Shown: positions 51,835 through 59,996 of the stretch, piece after piece
How positions within the stretch are numbered: position 1 is the first letter of the stretch
Layout of the letters: the number at the start of each line of letters is the position of its first letter
From: a virus
Taxonomy: Duplodnaviria; Caudoviricetes
Direction: 5' to 3' (one strand)
Length of the DNA stretch: 64,000 bases
Virus record (IMG/VR): IMGVR_UViG_3300034161_000008
Span: 96,001-160,000 of that record
Translations under genes and position numbers: made by a program
The notes under the pieces: model-generated
Seen by the model: the letters and a program-made list of their open reading frames with translations, nothing else
Told to the model about the DNA's origin: nothing
Databases searched by the model: none

Positions 51835-51870
51835 TAAAGCCAGCCCCAATGGGCTGGCTCTTATTACGGT
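51835..51870. repeat. 36-bp direct repeat copy 2 (terminator hairpin)
   Basis: TAAAGCCAGCCCCAATGGGCTGGCTCTTATTACGGT; 35/36 identical to copy 1. Confidence 0.9.
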
Positions 51871-51872
51871 TG

Positions 51873-52490
51873 TTAGAACTTCGACCAATCGATAGCATCA
51901 ACTTCTAATGCATCAATGGCTTTACGCTGTTTATCCAGACGATCGCCAAAAGCCTGCTCGTACAGATGTGGGTAGGCTGCATAGCCGCCAGTACCTGACT
52001 TGTGCTTCATGTGGGCGATACAGCCTTTACGGGCTTCCTCCACACCCAGCTTGAGGTTATCAAGATGGTAGTGGTACGAACGTTGAAGGATGCCATCAAT
52101 GTCTCCAGGCTCCCCACGATCGGCAGATGACATCATCAAACTGAACTGATGAGAGTAGTCACCCTTGTAGCTGGCCCGATGTTCGCGACAAGCTTCGGCT
52201 ACCAACTGGCGTTCAGGAATATCGAGCGCCATGAAGATCGGATGATTCGTTGTGGAAACGTACTCATACGACAGGAGCTCGTGATTGAAGCGCGTCCAGG
52301 CGAAAAGATCATGAAAGAAGGCCACCAACATAATCAACTTAGGATCTTGATCCAGACGAAGTTTATCGTTGATGAGATTACCTGCACGCTCCACAGCCAA
52401 GAAGTGTTCGATGCGATGAGCTCGATCATTCAGTGCCCAATGAGGTGTGAACTCGGTAACAATGCTTTCACGCAATTCATTCAGATCCAT
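51873..52490 (-). CDS. HD-domain metal-dependent phosphohydrolase
   Basis: AHRIEH...AFFHDL...REHRAS...SSADRG. Confidence 0.88.
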   Translation of the reverse strand: MDLNELRESIVTEFTPHWALNDRAHRIEHFLAVERAGNLINDKLRLDQDPKLIMLVAFFHDLFAWTRFNHELLSYEYVSTTNHPIFMALDIPERQLVAEACREHRASYKGDYSHQFSLMMSSADRGEPGDIDGILQRSYHYHLDNLKLGVEEARKGCIAHMKHKSGTGGYAAYPHLYEQAFGDRLDKQRKAIDALEVDAIDWSKF

Positions 52491-52538
52491 TTACAGCTCC
52501 TTTGAGTTAAGGGAAAGATTGATAGGTACTCAACTCAT

Positions 52539-52570
52539 GTGCAGAATATGTTACCAAGATAATCTACAAT
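52539..52570 (-). promoter_or_regulatory. Putative bipartite early promoter ATTG-N15-ACATATTCTGCAC
   Basis: Matches 48876-48907. Confidence 0.55.
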
Positions 52571-52585
52571 CGCACTTTTCAGGAC

Positions 52586-52957
52586 TTACTGATAAGGGAT
52601 AGAAGCCTTGCGCATCCGTGGCATTCCTTCCTTTGCAAAGCGACGTTCGTACTTGGCAACACGTTCAAAGCCTAGGTAGCCGTAGTTGAAACAGATACCA
52701 TTGACAAAGAACGCACGGCCCGGACGTGCTTGCAAGTTGTAGACCAGATGCGCAGCCAGATCACCAGCAGCAACATGGTTCTCTTTCTTGTCATCGTTGT
52801 TGTAGACGCCTACCGTGTGGTAGAACTCCAGTGGGCGCTGACCCACAGAAGTCTTCAAACGATCCAACGCTTGCTCTTCGACGTTATCGAGTTCCCGGCC
52901 CAGTAGCCCTTTGAGGATCTCGTAGTTCAAACCCGTAGTTGCCTTTACCATTGCCAT
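52586..52957 (-). CDS. Hypothetical protein
   Basis: 123 aa. Confidence 0.7.
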   Translation of the reverse strand: MAMVKATTGLNYEILKGLLGRELDNVEEQALDRLKTSVGQRPLEFYHTVGVYNNDDKKENHVAAGDLAAHLVYNLQARPGRAFFVNGICFNYGYLGFERVAKYERRFAKEGMPRMRKASIPYQ

Positions 52958-52960
52958 TCC

Positions 52961-53410
52961 TTAGATCATTACGACGCGCTGACCAATCCATTCTTTTAGA
53001 TTGATCTTCTCAAGACTCTTGGGCGTGATTGTTCGCTGAGTTCTGTACTCAGTCTTCAAGTTGTTGTGTGGGTTCTTGTTCAGTTCCCAATCTTCTTTCG
53101 GGGCTGGAACGATCTTGTACAACCAGACTTCCAGTTCTAAGAGTTCTTCTTTTTTTGGTTTTGGTCGAACGTCTTTAGGAACATCAATCAGGATGCTATT
53201 CCCGATCGTCTGGAAGTGGTCGAGACCATAGCGCTTTTCGATAGCGCTAGCCCAACCCAAAGTGATTGCCATTTCGCGCTCAGTAGTCGCGTAGAGGTAG
53301 TGGTTACTTTCAGTTTCATCCCACTTGACTTCTACACCGGTGTGCTGGAAACCCGGTTTAAGTTTCCCTGTCCAGAAAGCAGATCCGTGATACAAAACTG
53401 TGGGTAACAT
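52961..53410 (-). CDS. Arr-like (H-Y type) ADP-ribosyltransferase-fold protein
   Basis: LYHGS...LKPGF...YLYATT...A..W...WLYKIVP...NP...EYRT, same order as in rifampin ADP-ribosyltransferase Arr. Confidence 0.6.
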   Translation of the reverse strand: MLPTVLYHGSAFWTGKLKPGFQHTGVEVKWDETESNHYLYATTEREMAITLGWASAIEKRYGLDHFQTIGNSILIDVPKDVRPKPKKEELLELEVWLYKIVPAPKEDWELNKNPHNNLKTEYRTQRTITPKSLEKINLKEWIGQRVVMI

Positions 53411-53428
53411 TTTGCACTCTCCTATGGT

Positions 53429-53474
53429 CAGAGCATAAAGCCTCCCAGTAGATTTTTATCCACCGGGAGGCTTT
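53429..53474 (-). terminator. Long hairpin terminator followed by ATGC (TTTATGC)
   Basis: AAAGCCTCCCGGTGGAT-AAAA-ATCTACTGGGAGGCTTT-ATGCTCTG. Confidence 0.85.
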
Positions 53475-53478
53475 AGAC

Positions 53479-54168
53479 TTATTTCCAGGCCAACGAACCT
53501 GCAACCGAAGGATCACCCAACGAGACAGGAATTGCAGAACCTGCTGCGGTTTTAGAGATGCGGTAGATATCGATCCGCGTCACTTTGTCGAGCGTGTTCT
53601 TGTTGATCACGAAGTTCGTGACCTGTACTTGACCCACCAGAGTGTTAGTCAGCGTTTCAGGCAAGTACGATGTCGACATCACCCACGTCGGAACACCTGC
53701 CACCAGCTGAGCGTAGAAGTACGTCAGCACGCCGTCAACTACCAGGAACGACTTCACAGGGAGCGTGTACGAACCACCCGCCATAAACAGGGGAGTCGCA
53801 ACGAACGCAACGACCCGACTGGTGTTTACGGTAGCTCCCAAAGGAACAGCCGTATCTGGGTTACCCAACTGAGTCAGTGGGATCACGCCCGTAGGTACGA
53901 GCCCCGCCACCAAAGCTTGAATCTGTGCTGTGGTGTACATGCTCAGATCGGCAGCCGAGGTTCCGTGTGGGTTGTTAACCAACTGGGCGTGGGCATCAGT
54001 GTGTTGCTGAGCCAACGCGACCAGCTGATCTTTGCTCAAGCCACCCAACAACAAAGCATTGTCTGCTACGAATGCGGCCTGCACCTTTCGGGCGAAGGAA
54101 GCTTTGATAGCTGATGCTTGAGTTGTCAAGTTAGCTTTGAGCGCAGTTACTTCAGTTGCCAAAGACAT
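53479..54168 (-). CDS. Putative tail-associated virion protein (short paralog)
   Basis: H...NNPHGTSAA motif; N- and C-termini shared with 54172-57036. Confidence 0.75.
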   Translation of the reverse strand: MSLATEVTALKANLTTQASAIKASFARKVQAAFVADNALLLGGLSKDQLVALAQQHTDAHAQLVNNPHGTSAADLSMYTTAQIQALVAGLVPTGVIPLTQLGNPDTAVPLGATVNTSRVVAFVATPLFMAGGSYTLPVKSFLVVDGVLTYFYAQLVAGVPTWVMSTSYLPETLTNTLVGQVQVTNFVINKNTLDKVTRIDIYRISKTAAGSAIPVSLGDPSVAGSLAWK

Positions 54169-54171
54169 AAC

Positions 54172-57036
54172 TTAGCTCCATTGCAAAGTAGCAGAACCAG
54201 CAGGGTCACCAGTTGTAGCAGCAACAGCACTGCCACGACTTACTGCCGAGATTCTGAAATAGTTGATCTTGGTGACCTTCTCAATAGCCACGGTTTGAAT
54301 AGACGTCGCGCCGGTATCAACATACCCCAAGTAGATGCTGGTACTCGATTCTCCAGTGAATGCCAGCTGAACCACGTAACGAGCCACACCACCAGTTACC
54401 GTCACGTACACATAGAAACGGGTGTTCGCAGGGCTGGCTTTAATGGCAGTCAAGTCAAACGTAGCTTTCGCTACCGTATAGGTCTGACCGTTAATCATCA
54501 GTGGGGTAGGTTCTGTGAAATAGAGTTGCCACGTTGCCGCAACGTCTTGACTCATGATCACCTTCCACTGTGACGCAGCAGGCACTGCCCAGCTATCAAA
54601 CTCAGCATCGCTGTTTTTGGTCACCAGCATGTGGGAGACTTTGGCACCGTAGTCTGTCTCAGCCGAGGCGGTGTAGCACAGACCAAAGCCGAGCGTAGGG
54701 GAACCATACCAAACCGCACCATTGACTTGTGGGTTATGAATCCGCAAGTCAGCGTTGCTCCCCCAGTTAGGCACACCAGTGGATTTGTTGATGCGGAAAC
54801 GGATCACTCCGCTTGGGGCGTTACCGTTGACCAAGAAGCCACGAGTCAGCGTCAGACCAAACAGAACACTGGTGGTGGTTTCATACATCGTCACGGCACC
54901 CCCAGCTGCGATGATGTAGTTACTGTCTTGGAGATCCAGACCTCCCTGGTTTGCTTGCAACCACGTGAACTTTGGAGACAACGACGTAAGAGCCAACGCA
55001 GTGATGCTGTCGCCAGCAACTGTAACGTTGAAGATACCAACGTAAACGCCATTCTCGCCATTGTTCAGCGTGTACTGCATCGCCGCAAAAGCTTTACCAG
55101 TCATCAGGATCTTAGGCACCCAGATTTGAATCTTGGCGTTTTTGATTCCCGTCAGTCCAATAGCTGCAATCATCGCGGCCTTGGTATTCTGAAGCAATGC
55201 ATCTGTCAGTCCCAGAGAACCAGACTTCGATAGATCGGGGTTGATGGTGCGAAACCCCGTCCAGCGAAACCCTTCGATGAAATGCTGAGACGATACTGCG
55301 ATGCTTGTCGTACCTGTTTCAACCAGAGGTGCCCAGAAGTCCGCATCGGTCATCGGAACATCTTTTACGAACTTGCGGTTTGCATTAGGGGCGTAGCCCG
55401 TCATGGCTCCGTTTTGAATGGAGTTGTAGCCGAAGGTAGGTGCGCCAGCTAAATCGCTGAATGCCATTCCTTCAGCCTGCTGGCCATTGATGTCACTCCC
55501 CTTGCAGTAGACCATCGCTCTATTATCGCTGAGTGGGTAGGGCCCAAGAATCACCCCGCCGATGGCACTACCATAAGAAGGCTGAACACCAATCGTCGTT
55601 CCTGTTTTGGCAGTGGACGTACCTCGTAGCAGTGCTGCAAACGGCGTCGCGGCCGCAGCAGTCATCTCAACACGCATCAGGTCGAGAGTATCCACAACTT
55701 GGTGTGTGCGGAAGTTGAAGACCCACTTGCCCGAATACAGGTGACGACTGTAGTTGTTAGCAATCCCTGGCCAGCACTCCGTTACCCAATCGTTGTTCCA
55801 AACAGGGCCAGTCCAGACTGTTGGAGAGTTGGCATCTCCAGTGCGAGTTACTGTGGACTGGCTGGCTCGATAGATTGGGTCCAACACACACGTCTTCGCC
55901 GAAACGTTAATCACGAACGAAATGGCGTAGTAGTTGTAGTACGTGACCTGGCTGGAAGGTGCGTTAGTCATCCCCACAATTTTGCAGCGAGTGTTGCCTG
56001 CGCCGTCCGAGTACGATCGAATTGATGGAATCTCAAAGTTCGAGAACGCAAAACCATTCGCATCGGGCTTATAAACGGCAGGATTGTCTGCTGCGTTCTG
56101 GGACATGCTCTTGGCACAGAGCTTGGCCGAGTCTCCAGTGTAGACGACGTTTCCGAAGCCAGTGCTGGTAATCCCAGTCAGGCGCGTGGGTGTCAGCGTA
56201 CCGCCTTGGTTAACGCCAATCCGAGTGAGGGTATGGACCAGAACTTCCAGCACCCCACCTTCGACGTGATTCACCGTAAGGAGTAATACCAGGGCGCCCG
56301 ATACCAGAGCCTCGCCACGCCCAATACCCAAAGCAACCACATCGGCATTGGTGATGATGCAGCCAGTGTGAACGGAGTCATCCAGCGAGCCGTTAGTCAG
56401 TGACAGGAACCAGTCACCCAACACACCGCTGGCATTTTGAAGACGACCGAAGATAGCGGTCTCTGAGCTGGACTGGATGTACGCTGCCGATACGTTGATC
56501 GGAAAATACCCTGGACGGTACTGACGGGTAGTTTTGATTGGCTGATTGAGTACAGGACCCAATGCATCTAGCACGTAGCCGTAGTAAACACCCAACTTCG
56601 AACCATTCGTCCCGTTACGCAGGTATGCCAACGTCCCATCGTTTTCGAGGAACAGACAGCATTCACGAGGGGCGATACCGGTGGTGGCGCCTTCAAAACT
56701 ACCAGACACTCCCGCTGGAAGATAGTTGAGCGTGCCGTAGCGGGAAACTGGGATGATGCCTTTAGCTGGACGTTTTGCCAACAAAGCATCAACAGCCGAA
56801 CCATCCATCGTACCCAGTTGGGCGGCAGTGATGGCGTGAGCCAGTTTGTTGTTGACGTGGGCTACCAGCGGTGCGTCAAGGTCTGTCGATACTTGACCAG
56901 AGGTGCGCAGGCTCAGCGTACCTGCGTTGTCTGCTGTGACAGCATTCTGGACTTTGGCTTTCAGGGCCTGCTCGAAAGCTGTGGATTCAGTCGCTACCAC
57001 CGCTGCAAGATTGGCGAGTTCGGTTGTTAAGCTCAT
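54172..57036 (-). CDS. Putative tail fibre / receptor-binding protein (long paralog)
   Basis: 954 aa from MSLTTEL; G/T/S-rich beta-type sequence; HVNNKLAHAITAAQLG motif. Confidence 0.8.
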   Translation of the reverse strand: MSLTTELANLAAVVATESTAFEQALKAKVQNAVTADNAGTLSLRTSGQVSTDLDAPLVAHVNNKLAHAITAAQLGTMDGSAVDALLAKRPAKGIIPVSRYGTLNYLPAGVSGSFEGATTGIAPRECCLFLENDGTLAYLRNGTNGSKLGVYYGYVLDALGPVLNQPIKTTRQYRPGYFPINVSAAYIQSSSETAIFGRLQNASGVLGDWFLSLTNGSLDDSVHTGCIITNADVVALGIGRGEALVSGALVLLLTVNHVEGGVLEVLVHTLTRIGVNQGGTLTPTRLTGITSTGFGNVVYTGDSAKLCAKSMSQNAADNPAVYKPDANGFAFSNFEIPSIRSYSDGAGNTRCKIVGMTNAPSSQVTYYNYYAISFVINVSAKTCVLDPIYRASQSTVTRTGDANSPTVWTGPVWNNDWVTECWPGIANNYSRHLYSGKWVFNFRTHQVVDTLDLMRVEMTAAAATPFAALLRGTSTAKTGTTIGVQPSYGSAIGGVILGPYPLSDNRAMVYCKGSDINGQQAEGMAFSDLAGAPTFGYNSIQNGAMTGYAPNANRKFVKDVPMTDADFWAPLVETGTTSIAVSSQHFIEGFRWTGFRTINPDLSKSGSLGLTDALLQNTKAAMIAAIGLTGIKNAKIQIWVPKILMTGKAFAAMQYTLNNGENGVYVGIFNVTVAGDSITALALTSLSPKFTWLQANQGGLDLQDSNYIIAAGGAVTMYETTTSVLFGLTLTRGFLVNGNAPSGVIRFRINKSTGVPNWGSNADLRIHNPQVNGAVWYGSPTLGFGLCYTASAETDYGAKVSHMLVTKNSDAEFDSWAVPAASQWKVIMSQDVAATWQLYFTEPTPLMINGQTYTVAKATFDLTAIKASPANTRFYVYVTVTGGVARYVVQLAFTGESSTSIYLGYVDTGATSIQTVAIEKVTKINYFRISAVSRGSAVAATTGDPAGSATLQWS

Positions 57037-57062
57037 TACGGGATTCTCTATAAAAGGACTGG

Positions 57063-57094
57063 GGCATAAAACCGGAGACACCTAGGTGCTCCGG
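57063..57094 (-). terminator. Hairpin terminator followed by TTTTATGCC
   Basis: CCGGAG..CACC-TA-GGTG..CTCCGG. Confidence 0.7.
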
Positions 57095-57101
57095 CTGGCG
57101 A

Positions 57102-57536
57102 CTAAGCCTCGAGCATGCCGTCTTGCCAAAGCACAGGACCCGGTGCGTAGTGTTTGTGTCCACCGACGCGAACGCCCCAGTAGAACAACTTCGCACGCAG
57201 TTTGCCTACACCTTCTGCCAGCAGAGAACGATAGAAGAACTCATCGCACTCTTTGCGGGTTGGGTAGTAGATAGTCCCGTCAGCTTTGGTTACGCCGTAG
57301 CCGGTGTAAAGCCAGTCGTGAGACGTTGCTGACTTGTCTCCGTACTTGACCAACAGTGCGTAGAAAGCGAACAACATGATGTTTTTCAGAACGTCGATCG
57401 AGGCGTAGTTGGTGCGAAAACCTTTCTTCGCCACGACCTGTCCGAGGACTTCGTCATCGTTGCTGAAGTCGGCCAGCAACAGATATTCGCCGCTCTCTTC
57501 TTCCCGTGTATCCAGATTACCAAAACGTGTGTTCAT
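57102..57536 (-). CDS. DUF1353-family protein
   Basis: KGFRTNYASI...SHDWLY...TRKECDEFFY..L...GV...RAKLFYWGVRVGG. Confidence 0.85.
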   Translation of the reverse strand: MNTRFGNLDTREEESGEYLLLADFSNDDEVLGQVVAKKGFRTNYASIDVLKNIMLFAFYALLVKYGDKSATSHDWLYTGYGVTKADGTIYYPTRKECDEFFYRSLLAEGVGKLRAKLFYWGVRVGGHKHYAPGPVLWQDGMLEA

Positions 57537-57682
57537 GGCCCCAGTCCTTGTTAAAACATAGTGCAGGCCTAGTGGTGGCCTTCAAATGATTAGCCAACAA
57601 AAAATACTGGTGACATTAATACTCAATTGTATGCCTACATGTAGCTGGCATTTTCCAGTCCACAACTCTCGAGAGACTCACC
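57537..57682. promoter_or_regulatory. Divergent promoter region with TATG (late-type) motifs
   Basis: GTATGCC at 57629-57635 on +; ACTATG on - near 57557; lies between two structural operons. Confidence 0.45.
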
Positions 57683-58222
57683 ATGTCCGATCTTACCAAA
57701 GCCCCCAAGCTGATTGTCCTTGACCTGATCAACACCGACAACAGCCTGGCACTGACCGAAGCCCTCATCTCGTTCGGTTTGCCGACTGTTACCGCTGGCG
57801 AAAGCCCGGTGAAAAACACCACCCTGACCGTCTCCTCGGTTCCGGGTAGCGGCTACACCGGCGACGTCGTGGTTGAGTACAACCGTGTCGCGATGTCGAC
57901 CATCCCGGTCATTGCCAACAAAACTGCCGAGTTCCAACTGGGCGACGCGAAGAAGATCTCGGACATCGTCCCTGAGCTGAACGCGCTGTACAACATCAAC
58001 CTGGACGTGACGGACTACGTCGATGCTGACCTGCCGACTTTCACCGGCGAGCTGAACGAAGAACACGACGTTCAACTGGTTGCTGCTGCCGACTCCCTGA
58101 TCTACATCGGCTCCCTGACCTTCACCCTGAAAGCTGCTGACAAAGAGCTGGGCACCGTGATCACCATCACCGCGCTGAACGGTCTGGTGTACGAAGCTCC
58201 ACCTGTTGCTCCTGTGGTCTAA
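57683..58222 (+). CDS. Virion structural protein, tail-array family D (copy 1, domain only)
   Basis: LDLINTDN..L....ISFGLP...NTTL..GSGYTG.V.V.YNRV; strong codon bias; own terminator. Confidence 0.8.
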   Translation: MSDLTKAPKLIVLDLINTDNSLALTEALISFGLPTVTAGESPVKNTTLTVSSVPGSGYTGDVVVEYNRVAMSTIPVIANKTAEFQLGDAKKISDIVPELNALYNINLDVTDYVDADLPTFTGELNEEHDVQLVAAADSLIYIGSLTFTLKAADKELGTVITITALNGLVYEAPPVAPVV

Positions 58223-58245
58223 CCGCAAGCGGCTCGGCGACAATA

Positions 58246-58284
58246 GGCAGGGTGAGAAGGTTTCGACCTTCTTGCCCTGTCTTT
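58246..58284 (+). terminator. UUCG terminator
   Basis: GGCAGGG..AGAAGGT-TTCG-ACCTTCT-TGCCCTGTC-TTT. Confidence 0.8.
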
Positions 58285-58330
58285 GTGCCTTATAAATGCT
58301 GGGAGTCATTTTTCGACCAGGAGAAACCCT

Positions 58331-59128
58331 ATGTCTCTTATTCCAGGGTCGTCGGAATCGGCACTGATTTCGCTGATCAACCAAGCCAACACCTTAGCTA
58401 CTCCGTTGGTTGAGGGCGATCTTTATTACGGTATTCCTCGCTCCCTCAACGACGGCCAGGGAACAGTTCGCTTGCCCACTGTTACGATGTTCGACAGTGA
58501 ATACGAAGGTTACGCAACGTTCGAATACAAGCGTCTCAACCTGAACAAGCTTTATTCCGGCCTCAAGCCTAAAATCGCATCGCTGGGTCAGCCTACGCTG
58601 CATCGTCTGCTGCCTTCACTGAACAAAGCTTTGGGGTTGAACTTGACCCCTCGTGATGTGAATGACACTCAGTTGAACTGGGTGGGTGGTAACGAGCAGG
58701 TAAACATCCAGATCACAGCAACTGCTGCGTCTCTGGGTTACGAAGGCGTGCTGGTGGTTCAATACACCCGAGTACGACCTACGCTGGCACTGGTGGTCAA
58801 AGACAAACAGCTGTTGCAACTTCGCCATCCTCAAGATAACCCAGTCAAACGTTCTGTCGACATGATGACCTGGGGTATGGACTTCACGGATGATCGTCCA
58901 AACATGCAAGTCCAGTACACCTACTGGTGGAAAGACCAAGCGGCTGTGAACGCAATTATGGCTGAGCGTGGGTTTGCCAACTGGCCTAACCCTATCCTTC
59001 GCCGCATCTTTACACTGGCTACCAAAGACGTACCGCTCGCCAACCAGGCTTTCAAGTACGTGATCATCCAAGAGGCTGTCGTGGGTCCTGACTACGCCGG
59101 GACTGCGTACATTCACTTTAACCAGTAA
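58331..59128 (+). CDS. Virion structural protein, family D (copy 2)
   Basis: AGGAG RBS, then MSLIPG; YKRLNL; C-terminal YAGTAYIHFN. Confidence 0.8.
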   Translation: MSLIPGSSESALISLINQANTLATPLVEGDLYYGIPRSLNDGQGTVRLPTVTMFDSEYEGYATFEYKRLNLNKLYSGLKPKIASLGQPTLHRLLPSLNKALGLNLTPRDVNDTQLNWVGGNEQVNIQITATAASLGYEGVLVVQYTRVRPTLALVVKDKQLLQLRHPQDNPVKRSVDMMTWGMDFTDDRPNMQVQYTYWWKDQAAVNAIMAERGFANWPNPILRRIFTLATKDVPLANQAFKYVIIQEAVVGPDYAGTAYIHFNQ

Positions 59129-59139
59129 GAGGCTTCGAT

Positions 59140-59979
59140 ATGTCTTTGTACAAAGACCCGCTATCGGTCATCCTCGCAGCGATCACCGAACAGAACCCTG
59201 GTGTGGTGCTGGTTGCTGCGGAATACGTGTTCGGACAGCCTGTTGCTGTTGCTGAAGACGCGAAACTGACCAACACCACGTTGCTGATCACTGCCAAGGA
59301 CATCACCACTCCTTACGACGGCTTTGTCACCATTCGTTACCGCCGTCTGCCTTTGTCTGATCTGGTTCAGTTGGTTCCTCTGACCCTTCGTGCAAATGCT
59401 TTGGCTACGACTCTGGATGTAGCGTTGCTGCTCAACCAAGTCTATGGCATCAACTTCACTGCCGATGACATCGAGTCCACACCACTGGCTTTGGTCAATG
59501 GTGCTGGTACGGTGACGCTGACCGCTAAGGCCAACTCGTTGGGCTGGATCGGTACGGTAGACGCAACGATTGAGGCTGGTCGCTTCGATCTGAATGACTA
59601 CGTGACGGTGACTGCTCTTGCAGGTTTGCCTTATCCAGACAACGATCTCACCAAGCCGTTTGCTTGGGGTTATTCGTACTGGCGTGATTGCTCCTCGATC
59701 TACCAGACGCTGCAAGCGGCGTTCACGGGCGACACCAACACCCAAACAGATCTTGCTGCTGCACTGGCAACTCTGACGGGCGATACGTGGACTGCAACTG
59801 CGGCTGGTCGTTACTCGCTATTGGGTGCCTCGATCGATTATGCCGGTATCACTACTGGCCGTACCGATGTCAACACCGACTATAGTCACGTTGTGATTGT
59901 ACAGTTGCTGGCTGCTAACTCGCTGGGACTCTCCGGCAAGCTCACCCTGCATTACCACCTGCCTGAAGATGAGGTCTAA
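59140..59979 (+). CDS. Virion structural protein, family D (copy 3)
   Basis: YRRLPL; C-terminal LSGKLTLHYH. Confidence 0.8.
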   Translation: MSLYKDPLSVILAAITEQNPGVVLVAAEYVFGQPVAVAEDAKLTNTTLLITAKDITTPYDGFVTIRYRRLPLSDLVQLVPLTLRANALATTLDVALLLNQVYGINFTADDIESTPLALVNGAGTVTLTAKANSLGWIGTVDATIEAGRFDLNDYVTVTALAGLPYPDNDLTKPFAWGYSYWRDCSSIYQTLQAAFTGDTNTQTDLAAALATLTGDTWTATAAGRYSLLGASIDYAGITTGRTDVNTDYSHVVIVQLLAANSLGLSGKLTLHYHLPEDEV

Positions 59980-59996
59980 GCCTCAAGGAGTGCAAC

